This document shows positions 38,541-50,899 of a DNA stretch of 64,000 nt, piece by piece. This DNA comes from Haliotis rubra (taxonomy: Eukaryota). How positions within the stretch are numbered: position 1 is the stretch's first letter; every line of letters starts with the position of its first letter. The notes below the pieces were generated by a model that ran no database searches, had not been told where the DNA came from, and saw only the letters and a program-made list of their open reading frames with translations. The position numbers and the translations under genes were made by a program. Location of the stretch: assembly GCF_003918875.1 (NCBI RefSeq), contig NW_025766392.1:682001-746000 (forward strand), written 5' to 3'.

Positions 38541-38911
38541 AATAGCAGTGCTAGTGGGATCAGCTATTGCACAGGCAAGGTCAAGCACATAGAAAGATCT
38601 GCATAATTTCATGAATATGATATTTTTGATACTCCAGATGAATGAAGTAAGGCAAAATGAAATTCTTAAAAAGGGTCAACTTTGAACCAGTAGTGTCAAA
38701 TGGAAGCGTGTGTCTTAATTAGAATCAATTCCCGTGTGACGTCTTTCATGAATGTTAAAAACATCATGGAAACAATATGATGTGTCTTCAAACACACTTT
38801 TTTTTTAAAGGAATTTGATCAGACATTACATATTCCAGTATTAAGTTGCAGCTTTTACTATATATCTATAAAAACTAGCACTTTGGAATAGTTGCTTTCT
38901 ATTGCTGGATA

Positions 38912-39239
38912 AGGCCAGACCAATTATATTTCTTGTTTTACTGATTTTTGTCCTCAGAAAACCTAAAGGCAGTAGGGAAAAAAAATCAAATCAAATCACC
39001 AGTCAAAGAAATATTCCTTCTAAATATTAAAAGTATTTTACTTTTGGCAATTTATTAAGTGTATATGGGGCAAAAAACAATCAAAAAACCATTTTCTTGT
39101 AAGTTTACATTTTTGGCCAATAAAACCTTTAGGATTTTATTTTTTGAGTGGGGAAAATTAATTTTTTTTTTTTTTTTCTTATTCTTGAAAAAATACGACC
39201 AGCGGATCCGTAAAACAAGAAATAAAATTGGTCTGGCCT
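38912..39239. mobile_element. MITE with ~33-bp TIRs (Kolobok-like AGG termini)
   Basis: AGGCCAGACCAATTATATTTCTTGTTTTAC...GTAAAACAAGAAATAAAATTGGTCTGGCCT. The superfamily call is tentative. Confidence 0.78.
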
Positions 39240-40914
39240 AATTGTGAATGTGAGGAACAGTTTCATCAGTAACCATTGAGTCCCCCATACATTCCTGCTG
39301 CAGCCAATGAATGAAGGTATAATACTACAACTAAAACAAGTTTTATGTATGGTATCAGGCAGTTACCTTGTTTGAGGAATAAATATGTCAATAGCCACAA
39401 ATAGGAACAATATCCCATACAAGTGTAACCATATAATTTGAAAAAATATCTCTGTGTTTTGGGATATTATAACCTGTTCATCTCAGCAGTTACAGGTGTC
39501 ATGTCTCATTAGTCAGCGAAGATAGCACAAAATGTCAATTTTTATTCACTGTCCTTTCAAAAGGTAAATTTAGTGATACAATGATGAACAATCAATCAAC
39601 GTTTTGCTAAAAATCCTTTGAATAAGGTATGTTGTTTTTACAAAGTGGCCAAGATATGGGTGTATTCCACCTGCTATGGTTAATGGTTTTGACAGAATCC
39701 ACTATGCAAGATAACATTGATTAATCAATCAATGTTTTATCGATGAATCGGTTGATTGCAGGTGTTGGCAACTCAACTGACCATTCCTGTTTTGTTGTGC
39801 TGTCACGTACATATTGCATAACATGGAAGACATTCGCCACATCAAACCTTTTTATAACCCAATCTTAGACATGAGAAAATGTCAAATGTGAACACCTGGT
39901 TGCTATGTGTCCTGGCCCCCCTCACAGGTAGTGGTAAACTTGATTGAGCTATTTTGCATAGTCATGGTTAACCCAAGTGCTGCCACCACTAATTAATTCT
40001 TGTAATAAAGTCATGACTTGAGTATCAATTAAATAATTAAATGATGACAAATACACAAGTGGTTGGCTTATACCATAAGACATGGATGACAAGAAAGAAG
40101 TATTAATTGTTTATAACATGCACTGAAAAAGTAAGAGTTGTTACTGTTTTGAGTACATTAACTGAACATCATTGTTGCAAAAATAATACTTACACTAAAT
40201 TGTTGTATACTGAAGAACATAAGTGTAAGTACCCATTTACACACATATGAATTTGCAACGTGAAAGGTTTTGGTAAGATAATACAAAAAAATAAGAGAAA
40301 TCAACCCCTGGTTGTCGGTGCAGTCCTCCCTAGTTGATTCAAATCCCAGTTTGTTGAGTCACTGACTCTAATTGGCTACAGGTGATTATGCAAGCAAATT
40401 AAATGGAGCCGATTGGACAACTAAAAGTTGGAGTTTTGTTTACCTTTAAGGGTAATTTTTGGTTCATATAATGGAATTATGTATGTGTTATTGTTTCACT
40501 ACCTAATGATGTGCTACTGTTATGGAGAGTTGTGTACCTTAGATGTGACAGGATCTGCTGATAATAGGTACCTTAGATTGATAGGATCCTGATTAGGTTT
40601 GCATCCTGATTATGAACCTTGTGTACCTTAGATGTGATAGGATCTGCTGATAATAGGTTTGTATCCTGATTATGAACTCTATACCAGTGCATACAGGTTT
40701 CAGCACAGTGAAAAATATATAACACATCATTGGAGCATTTCTTCCCTTATTGAGCTCACCATCACATTGCTAGGATACTGGAGTCACCCCAAAATCATTT
40801 GACATTTTCAGGATAAAATATGGTGGTAATTAATGGGAATCATTCATTGAAAGCAATGACAATGTAAATCTTTGCCACATGAATGTTCCCATGTGATTTA
40901 CATTTTATATTCAG

Positions 40915-41153
40915 AAAATGTGATAAACATTTGTAAACTGTCCGCAATGATCTTCATATTGGACGTGATGGAGAACAGTCTGTTGTATCAGCCCCGCCAT
41001 GTCATGACGACCTGAGCTACATAACAATCTGAAAGAAGGCAATTTAAAAACGAAGGTTCCGTACCATCGTGACGGACATCTTGTACAAGTGATGCCATCA
41101 TTCTTGAAGGGATTTTTCACTGTAATCAATCTCAGTCATTATTTTGATGAATT
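40915..41153 (+). other. Candidate internal leader exon 2
   Basis: Acceptor ttttatattcag and weak donor TT|gtaaat. CpG-retaining island in a CpG-poor intron. In frame with exon 1 (35-aa uORF). Confidence 0.4.
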
Positions 41154-41774
41154 GTAAATGTCAGATTTAAAATTCCATTCCATTATTAAACAAGTGTTTT
41201 TCTCCTTTGGGACATGTGGCATGCAGTTGTTTTAAAAACACTGTTTATTATATTCATTTACAAGAGCCGTGTATTTAGGTCTTTCATTCCTGACACTCAC
41301 ATGTTGCAAGGTTGGTAGTGTTTTCACTGCTCATGTGTGAATTTGTTATAACCATTTGGGGATTTGTGTAGAAGTTCATTGGGGATGATATTTCTTGTGG
41401 ATCCCTTTGTATTTCCAAATTTTACAGTTTGTGATGTTTTACAATTTGTGAATTTTACATACTTTTTGTAAAATTTCACAGGGTACAGAATGTGAAATAA
41501 AATATATTCAACATGTTTAATTTTGTTCATATGAAAATTTTGAATTTTAAAATTCATGCTATCGGTATGAAGTCAGTTAAGTCCAGACTGTACTGTGTTG
41601 ATTAATGTAAAGGGCCAAATTAAAGTCAATTTGAAAGTCAGCTACGATAGAGATTCATTGTTTCATTTGTAATAGGCACGTAACATCTTTATTTGACGCC
41701 CACTGACAGCAAATAAAAGTCGATATAGCTGGGAAGTGAGTGAGTTTTACTCCGCTTTTAGCAATATTCCAGCA

Positions 41775-43155
41775 ATTCCTTGCTCATACAGTACTCCTTG
41801 CTCATACAGTATTCCTTACTCATACAGTACTCCTTGCTCATACAGTATTCCTTGCTCATACACCTCATACAGTATTCCTTGCTCATACAGTACTCCTTGC
41901 TCATACAGTATTCCTTGCTCATACAGTACTCCTTGCTCATACAGTATTCCTTGCTCATACAGCTCATACAGTATTCCTTGCTCATACAGTATTCCTTGCC
42001 CATACAGCTCATACAGTACTCCTTGCTCATACATCATACCTTGCTCCTTACAGTATTACTCCTTGCTCATACAGTATTCCTTGCTTCCTTACTCCTTGCT
42101 CATACAGTACTCCTTGCTCATACAGTACTCCTTGCTCATACAGTGCTCATACAGTACTCCTTGCTCATTACAGTGCTCATACAGTACTCCTTGCTTGCTC
42201 ATACAGTACTCCTTGCTCATACAGTACTCCTTGCTCATACATAGTCCTTGCTCATACAGTGCTCTTGCATACAGTACTCCTTGCTCATACAGTATTTCCT
42301 TGCTCATACAGTACTCCTTGCTCATACAGTGCTCATACAGTACTCCTTGCTTGCTCATACAGTATTCCTTGCTCATACAGTATTCCTTGCTCATACAGTA
42401 CTCCTTGCTCATACAGTACTTGCCATTTGCTCATACAGTACTCCTTGCTCATACAGTATTCCCTTGCTCATACAGTACTTCTCCTTGCTCATACATACAC
42501 TCTTGCTCTTGCTCATACAGTACTCCTTGCTCATACAGTACTCCTTGCTCATACAGTACTTGCTCTTGCTCATACACAGTACTCCTTGCTCATACAGTAC
42601 TCCTTGCTCATACAGTACTCCTTGCTCATACAGTACTCCTTGCTCATACAGTGCTCATACAGTACTCCTTGCTCATACAGTACTCCTTGCTCATACAGTA
42701 CTCCTTGCTCATACAGTACTCCTTGCTCATACAGTGCTCATACAGTACTCCTTGCTCATACAGTACTCCTTGCTCATACAGTATTCCTTGCTCATACAGT
42801 ACTCCTTGCTCATACAGTATTCCTTGCTCATACAGTACTCTCTTGCTCATACAGTACTCCTTGCTCATACAGTACTTCTTGCTCATACAGTACTCCTTGC
42901 TCATACAGTACTCCTTGCTCATACAGTACTCCTTGCTCATACAGTACTCCTTGCTCATACAGTACTTCTTGCTCATACAGTACTTCCTTGCTCATACAGT
43001 ACTTCTTGCTCATACAGTACTCTTTGCTCATACAGTATTCCTTGCTCATACAGTACTTCTTGCTTATACAGTACTCCTTGCTCATACAGTATTCCTTGCT
43101 CATACAGTACTCCTTGCTCATACAGTACTTCTTGCTTATACAGTACTCCTTGTTC
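41775..43155. repeat. 18-bp minisatellite (TGCTCATACAGTACTCCT)n
   Basis: Direct reading. Begins exactly where a minus-strand SINE A tail fragment (41736-41776) breaks off. Confidence 0.95.
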
Positions 43156-43589
43156 TGTAAGGTTCAGCACTTCCAATTATAAACACAAAACAGACATGAA
43201 GTTACAATTAATAATATTACAAAATAAAAATAAAGCAAAAGGGAAACCTGTCTGTTTAATTGGAAAAACCTACAAACTTCTCCCCTTCCTACCTACTCTC
43301 TGTTCTTCTCTGCTCCACTCTACTCTGCTCCGCTCCATTCCATTCACCTTCTTCTTCACGAAAGGGGCTGCTATGTTCAGTCATTTTCTACACCAGAATA
43401 TTAAAACAAAAATAAACCTTAACCTGATTGCATCCTCGAAGAAGTACGAGAGTAAGTTAACACTATTAATCCTTAGTTACATGGATAGTTTTATGGACTT
43501 TTGATGTTTCTGTTTGCCAGTTGAAATGCAAATTTGTAGGAAACCTGAAAAATCAGAATGAAACGCACATCAATGTAACTCTCCCCAGT

Positions 43590-43870
43590 TCATTTCCACG
43601 TAATGTTGCTATCTGTGCTGCCACGGCTACTGGGAGATCACGAAGGAAATGCCTTCAATTGGCAATACAGAAGCAGTTCACGTTTGCCTAATCCTGTTAT
43701 CACTGACTTTTGACATTTCGATAACTTTTTAGCATTCCGAGTGCCATGTAAATTGTGATTGTCGGCAGTGGCAAGTGACAAGGGAGGTAATATATCCTCA
43801 TCCTGGAGCATGTTTGTTACCAAAGTCGGAAGATATCTGCAGTACTTGAGCCATATTGGTCGTATCATCC
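43590..43870 (-). mobile_element. Possible decayed CR1/L2-type LINE ORF2 C-terminal fragment
   Basis: Minus frame reads YLP...HNLHGTRNAKKL...TGLGKR...AFPS, resembling the H-x-TR...K.SF.P region after the RT domain. Motif resemblance only. Confidence 0.3.
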
Positions 43871-43989
43871 CACCTGAGCTGTAGGCCTGAAGATTTGTTC
43901 TATACAGATTAAAAAAATAATTTAAAGTGTTTGGTTAACAATTTAAGGATCATTGAATTATTTCTTCTTTTATAAAATCTGTAATTATC

Positions 43990-44975
43990 CAGAGCTCCAG
44001 ATAAGATTTAGCTCATGTGGGTACTGTACCCACTGTATTTTTTTGGAGTGGGTGTTATGAATGTTGAGTGGGTATTTCATTTTCCGTTACCCACTGCTTT
44101 CAAATATGTGCATATTTCAGTCATTTTACTCACCTACCCGTAAGTATTTTGTCATTGAGTAAGTTTACTAATGTATGTCCGCTTTATGTCATATCTAATC
44201 AAAACCAACTTAAATATAATGGAAATGATTTCATAAAAAATCACTCATCCTATACAGACAGTACAATACTTGTCCTATACTAACTAATGTTGGGAATTGC
44301 TTGAAATCTCACAATTGATGATTGGTTCGATACCAACGACCAATCATTGAAAAAATTGGTTAGCGTAATTTTTTAGATTTTCCTATTCAGGTTGTAGTTG
44401 CAGATAAGTATAAAGAAAAAACATTTGGTTCTCTGTTGTTGTTTTGTTTTATTTAGAAACTGCACAAATTACATTTGCAAATTTCACATCCAGTGGAAAA
44501 TGATTCAGTTCCAGTGTAACATAAACTTCCAAGATTCTTCAAGAAATATTCAGTCATGACTTTTCAGAAAGTGAAGTGAGTTTTCTAAGAATTAAACACG
44601 TTTTCCGGCCCTGACAACGTCCTAGATATGTTCCATCATCAAGTATTTCAAACTCTATTACGATTCCCAAATCGTTTGTGTTCAATTATGAAAACATGTG
44701 ATCGATTGCTTGGTCGTTTGGTCACTGCGACCAATCTTCGATTATTTCAATAAATCGGAACACCACTAATACTAACAGTACAACTTGATAGCAATCGATG
44801 TCTTTTTCATTACACAAGCGATTTTTATAAATATATTCCGGACGCATTTGTTTTAAACTTTTTGCGTATCTAACATTTTCAATGCGTAATTGGTACGCAA
44901 CAATTATTTTTCAATGCGTAATTGGAAATTTTCTATGCGTATTTTACCCGGATACGCAGCTTATCTGGGCCTCTG
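43990..44975. mobile_element. P-like non-autonomous DNA transposon hosting a nested hAT-like MITE
   Basis: TIRs CAGAGCTCCAGATAAG / CTTATCTGGGCCTCTG, with ATTATC duplicated on the flanks. Same TIR family as 49607-49955. Confidence 0.72.
44285..44768. mobile_element. hAT-like non-autonomous DNA transposon (nested)
   Basis: Homologous to 22384-22801. Exact 8-bp TSD ATACTAAC. Confidence 0.82.
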
Positions 44976-45277
44976 ATTATCATTAAATTTTCTGTTTACT
45001 GTGATATTTTTTGCATCTACCCTGGTTACATAAAATCTATTATTATCATATCATTTTTGTGTAATATGTTTCACATTTTCAACATCTTTGGTTCTGGGGC
45101 TTCTCTGATGAAGCAACCTTTACTAAAGTTAACCTTAACTCCCTTTCTTTAACATTGCACTAGGTTACCTTACTGACTGACGATCACCTTACTGCTTTGT
45201 GAAAGGAGGCCCTGGCATATGTATAATAATCATTAAATTTTCTGTTTAATGTGTCTCACATTTCCAAACATCCGTAT

Positions 45278-45511
45278 AGACCTGTGAAGGTCCGGGTTAG
45301 AATATTGATCTTCAGTAACCCATGCTTGTCGTAAGAGGCGACTAACGGGATCACTGACTTGGTTCACACATGTCATTGGTTCCCAATTGTGCAGATAGAT
45401 GCTCATGCTGTTGATCACTGTATTGTCTGGTCCAGACTCGATTATTTACAGACCCCTGCCATATAGCTGGAATATTGCTGAGTGTGACGTAAAACTAAAC
45501 TCACTCAATCA
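45278..45511 (+). mobile_element. Retroposon family B, full length
   Basis: Starts GACCTGTGAAGGTCCGGGTTAGAAT, with intact CTTGTCGTAAGAGGCGACTAACGGG. 14-bp TSD CCAAACATC(C/A)GTAT. Confidence 0.9.
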
Positions 45512-46299
45512 CCAAACATCAGTATGCCTCTGCAGTGAAGATACACCCATTTTGATATCTGTGACCCTGGAATGTAAAACCAAGAGGTTCTCTATAGGCA
45601 GATATAAACAACAAAATAAATTTCTGAGTCATGGAGATTATCAGAAAAATATGTGATCTTGATCTGGCCTAATTAATACTACCTTTTATTAAACATTTGA
45701 AAGAATGTATGCCACTTTTAAATACTTGATAGCACCAAAAACAAGTTCACCTTCTAATGTCAATTTCATTATATTTTTGATGAAGTATGAAATAAAGCAA
45801 TTAGTTTAATTGGTAATTGGTATTGGCATTGATTTAATCAAATCATATCAGAGAGTGATGATGCAACTATCGTTTCAACTGGCTGCCTGCTGTAGTCTCA
45901 AATTAGCAGAGGATTAATTGCCTGAAGTAGAGATAGGAAAAAGATCAGGCAAAATGAAAATGCATATTTTTTTCGTAAGTGTCAAAGCTGCTGCTAAGAA
46001 CATTATTTATTACAAAATCCCCCCTTTTTTCAAATGAGAAAAGGCAGTTTGGTGCCTGATTTCTGCAACATGAGATGCTTGAACTGCGTATTTAGCAGGA
46101 AAACCTCATGATAGTAAGGTACCATTTTAACAACTTCAGAAGTATGGTTTTAATGTTGATTTTTAGAGATGAGAAAAAGAGAACCTCCCTGGGTAAACAG
46201 AGGGGTTGAGGAGTCTGTGAAGACTGCTCATCACAAGGTCAGATTCTTTTCCAAACACTCCTGTACCTATTGAAGGAAAACATCAAAAACAGGGAATCT

Positions 46300-46810
46300 G
46301 TTGAAGCGATTTGATGGGGCCGTTCGTAGTATGGGTGTATCACAAACCAATTTCCTTTTGCCTGTTGGAGGTACGTAACATACCGGGACTTGATGTTCCG
46401 CATGAAATGCATTCAATGTATCATGTACAGTCAAAAGAATTCTGTGGATCTTAACGAAACTTCCTTGGATGTTAAAAGAGGCTTCGAGCAGACTTTAAGA
46501 AAGAATTTGTAACCCTCATCGTCAGACAACACTGTTAATAGATATGGAACTTGTTCTGTCAGTTGGCCCTTTTTTCCATCATTACTGATGTCCGAATAAA
46601 AAACAGACCAGATTCCTTCAGTAGAAGTATTTACCAGTAGATAATGCTTGTCAGAGTCTACAGAAGCAGCAGCAAATAGAGACTGCTGAAGCAGACGCAC
46701 ATTCTACAGTAGCAGACGTCTTCAAGAGATGTATTTCCAACATCACTTGCGTTGTCAGTCAAGGCGGGTAGCCATGTTTCTGTAACATACCGAGGCTCAA
46801 GGATTGCAGT
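46300..46810 (-). mobile_element. Possible decayed LINE (CR1/L2-type) endonuclease region
   Basis: Minus-strand frames give VTETWL (~46769-46786), EGIW and YVPP, matching the APE-like endonuclease motifs (TETWL, YRPP) in the expected order. Heavily degraded. Confidence 0.4.
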
Positions 46811-47805
46811 GCTAATAGACGAGCCCATTATGTGTGACCCTTTCTATCACTTTGTCATCAATTCTTCTTCTCCATCCGCACGATTTTCTGCAGTGTTTTT
46901 TATCCCCAAACCCTACTTTATTTGTTATGAATATACATTTGATGGAACACCTCTATCCGACATTGTTTTCCAGATGGAAAATAGTCATGGGAAGCCAACA
47001 GTGGCTGGGTCATTACGTTTTATCTATGCAGCCATGTTGAAAAACAGGGGAAGTACATGTCAGGAAGGACATTCAGCTACTTACGGAGACATTCTGGAGA
47101 TGGCACAAATAATAATGGCAATATTCTTGAAGCATATTCTCTTAATTACAGCATGCACAACCGAAGGGGGGCAGTTATGCTGCAGTGAAACTAAGGAAGC
47201 TCGTAGAACTTACATTTATAACGTTCCCAGACAACATATATTGTGTGCTGGGCATAACGAATTACCCATGCAGAAAATGCTTTCATGAAGAAATAATTTA
47301 GCAAATATTATATGCTGAACACTCAACAAATGAATTACTTGTTAATGTTATTGTCTTGAATTATTATTTTTTATCATTTCATTTTGAAGCAAAATCAGAT
47401 TTTGTTTTTGTTTTTCTGGAATGTAATACTCTTAAAAACACAGGAAATATAATGTATACTCTAATAAATCATGAAAATTGGAATTCACTTCCCCACAAAC
47501 AAGTAATCACATGATTTGCAGATGATATTCAGGAAATATAATGTGTGCTAAATTGTATGAATATTGATTGTACTATATTCGTTATTACATTCTCAAACAC
47601 CATTTTGATTGTGACTGCCGCAATGGTTTTTGTATAGGGGTCTCTCTGAAGAGTGGAAGGCTGGTGGTTTGAACCTGTGCTGCATCTCTTTTGCTTTTCT
47701 TTTCCACCCCCAAATGGCGCCCATATTATGTTACACAAGTGACACCTGAAAATCTCAGCAAGAGACAATTATATATTAGCTTATAGTGTGATCGGCTTCC
47801 CATTT

Positions 47806-48171
47806 AGGGACCAGTTCAAAAGTTCAGTATAGTGAGAAAAAAGTATTGAGATATAACAACACACTTCACCCTCCTTTGTTAAAATACAAAAAAAACATAC
47901 TGTCATGAAGAATGAAAATCATAGTAGTACTTACTATACCATATGATTTACAATAACCTTAACAATATTATAGAATTGAATGGCAGGTGAGATGATCTTG
48001 TGGAACGATGGAAATGTTTGCTTATTTTATAGTTGCTGCATAAAGCATTGAGAAATAAGGCAAGTTGATTTAGTCAGAGCGGAAAACTTGCAGGGCCATT
48101 GCCATCCACCACACCCCTAAACTTATGGAAGTAAGATTTTTAACCGACTTTGAACTTTTGAACTGGTCCCT
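47806..48171. mobile_element. MITE with 21-bp perfect TIRs (Kolobok-like)
   Basis: AGGGACCAGTTCAAAAGTTCA...TGAACTTTTGAACTGGTCCCT in a TTTA/TTAA context. Confidence 0.8.
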
Positions 48172-49606
48172 TAACTTGCAGAGATAGATATTGGTATATT
48201 TGGAACCCCCACACACTTAACTCTGTCAGCGGTTGTAGATAAGTCTGCCACATTTTAGGTGATTTTTCGTCACTTTGCCAAAATGATTCTTGGGGTTTTG
48301 ACAATTGGAATGTGTACCCCTACTGTTCAGGTCTTGGTTCTGTCATCAGGGGCACCTGTTGCAGAAATACAAAGTGCCCTGTTCATAGAGATTGTGACGT
48401 TTTATCATTGCCAACTTTCATCAGTAAGTGACAAAGATAGAGTTGTCTATTATACTGCCATGATTTATCTTTTCCCCAAAGACTTAAAGACCTTCTGTCT
48501 ACAGGATAAGTTTTTATTATCAAAAACTGCCCATCCCATTTTAGTAATTAATATTTTTTGTGAAAATAATGAAGACATACCGATAAGACTATAAAAACAG
48601 AAACAACCTTTACTTTATCACCTGTTCATGATGATTCAAGCACCAATTCAAGACTTATCTAGTAGTTTCTCCTCCAATACAATTTCCCTCACCACTAACT
48701 ATCATTGAGAGAAGTGTAGAAGCTGTCGAGAGGCCCTTCTCCACAAGGCAAGTGCTATATATTATCACGTCTCCACTGGTGCATCCAGCACGACTTGAGT
48801 GAGCAATGAGACTTGGTGTCCTGCAGACATACACGTTATCTAACCTGGTACAGCTTATCTTGTGTAAATAATGAAGAGATACATTATTGTGTGCATAAAC
48901 TTCCCTGGTACTGATGCTTCTAGACATCTATGTAGCATCCTGTGGAGAAATCATGGACGTGTTTGGACAAGGAGCCAAATCACTGCAGGATCACCCAACA
49001 AATGTATTTAACATTTTACAATTGATCAACATCAAACAGGAGGAATGAAATAAGTGGTAGGACACTAGTATCATGTCACTGGTTTTGGTTTCACCTCTGA
49101 CAGCGGTGTCTTGGGAATGTGTAAAAGGACACAAAAATGCCTGATTCAGGATAGATGGTGTGCTTGACATTTATGGAAGAGTATCAAGGTGTACCTCTGT
49201 GAGCATGAATCATCATGTTGATAGGTTTAGAGAGTTACCATCTGTAATATGATCTTGAGGTATCACAATACTTTCATGTTACAATGAATCATCAATGTAA
49301 GATTTTGTTTGTTTAATGCTACACTCAGCAATATTCCAGCTGCATTATGGCGTCTTCACAACACAATCCATTGATCAATGTTGTAAGAAACAACAAAATA
49401 CTATCAAGCAAATCACTGAGTCTGACCACCATTTGGTCACCTCTTTCAACCAGCATGTTTTGGAGAGCTCTTCTAATTCAGAGTACTGAAGAGCCTTACA
49501 ACATGATCCCTTTGGCCAGCTCTTTCAACCAGCATGTTTTGGAGGCCTATTCTAATATTGAGTATGCAAGATTCTGACCTCCATCAATTTAATCATGTCT
49601 CAAAAC

Positions 49607-49955
49607 CAGGGCTCCAGATAAGGGCCGTATCGGCGTATGTACGGATATAAAATATGCACGATACGGTAGAAAATATTTTAGAAAACGTAGCAGATACGCA
49701 CCACAGCAATGCTGTACGGTCTTAGAATCATTTACAGTATTGTAAAACATTGTAGAACAATATTGTTCTATTGTTTATTGACCTGTTTACACAAGAGTAG
49801 CAATGTTGTGGTGCATAAAACGAAACACAAGATTACTGATCCGCCATTAAATTCCATTCAGTACTCAAAATGTACTCTTAACTTTTTCCAGTACTCCTAT
49901 ATTGAAAAAATAAGGAGTACGTACTCTTGATGTTGAACAATTATCTGGAGCCCTG
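49607..49955. mobile_element. P-like MITE
   Basis: Perfect 15-bp TIRs CAGGGCTCCAGATAA / TTATCTGGAGCCCTG. Exact 7-bp TSD TCAAAAC. Confidence 0.82.
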
Positions 49956-50899
49956 TCAAAACCAACACATGTTCTGGGAATCTATTCTAATCCTGGGTAT
50001 CCATAAAGGCAGCTCAACATAAGATATCCAAAGGTATCAAGAGGTACCTCATATGATGAATACTCCTCTTAAGGCATTAAGGGTACCAAGAAATACCCTT
50101 TATAGGAACAAATAACCTTTGTGGGGTGTTGTTGTTCTTGCAATAATTCTGAGTTCATTGCTGCAAGTATCCGGCAGGGATTACAGGTCAGAATAGGTGC
50201 AAAATACCTAACACCAAATTGAAAAGCATAGTCTCCCTTACTGACCCCAAATCATGGAACATATACATGTATGTAATTAAACAATCTTTCCATTTCACTT
50301 CTCAACCCATTCTCAATCAGTCAGCCCATGCTCATCTCTGTTCTCGGCTCTTACAAGATTTAAGTATTTCTTTGTAGAATTTTATGAGTAATATTTATGT
50401 TTGTTCAGGGATTTACCTTGAGTCCTGTATTTGAGGGTCCCTGGGACTCATGCTTATAATTTTCAGGGGTCCTGGACATCAAAGTAGGGGTGCCAGAAAC
50501 TTAAATATTATTACTAATACTGTTATTGTATTGTGTATCATGATCAACACTTTAATTGTCACAGTCCGTCTGTTCTTCCATCTGTCCTTCCATCCGTCCT
50601 TCCGAGATGATGGGGTCAGATTTTCTCAGTAACCGTTATAGATAGGGAAACCAAAAGTGGTATGTGGTTTCAGGCAGGCTGCTGGAACCAAATAGGAACA
50701 GAACACTGTGGCGGGGGATACTGATGACCATGTCTTCTTGTTTAACCTCACACTAACTAAAATCAAGAACTTTGTGTTATTCTGATAACAGCTGATTTGG
50801 GGTTTTGGATGATCTAGCCTTTTGATTTATTTGACTCATATCGTAATGCTCATTTTGCGTGTATGATTGCTTGTTCTTTTCTGATATGAACTGATTTGG

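Noticed and set aside
41736-43504. ORFs of 474, 480 and 418 aa with Cys-rich PCSYST repeats
   Set aside because: These are translations of an 18-bp minisatellite. Frames swap at indels, and there are no splice signals or unique domains.
45320-45350. Naming family B as a V-SINE
   Set aside because: The GTCGTAAGAGGCGACTAA motif is not the V domain as I recall it (CCTTCGGATGAGAC...), and no tRNA head is present, so the family is left unnamed.
46752-47288. 178-aa + strand ORF
   Set aside because: No recognisable domain and a non-ATG start. The opposite strand carries decayed LINE endonuclease motifs (VTETWL), so it is probably an antisense shadow.
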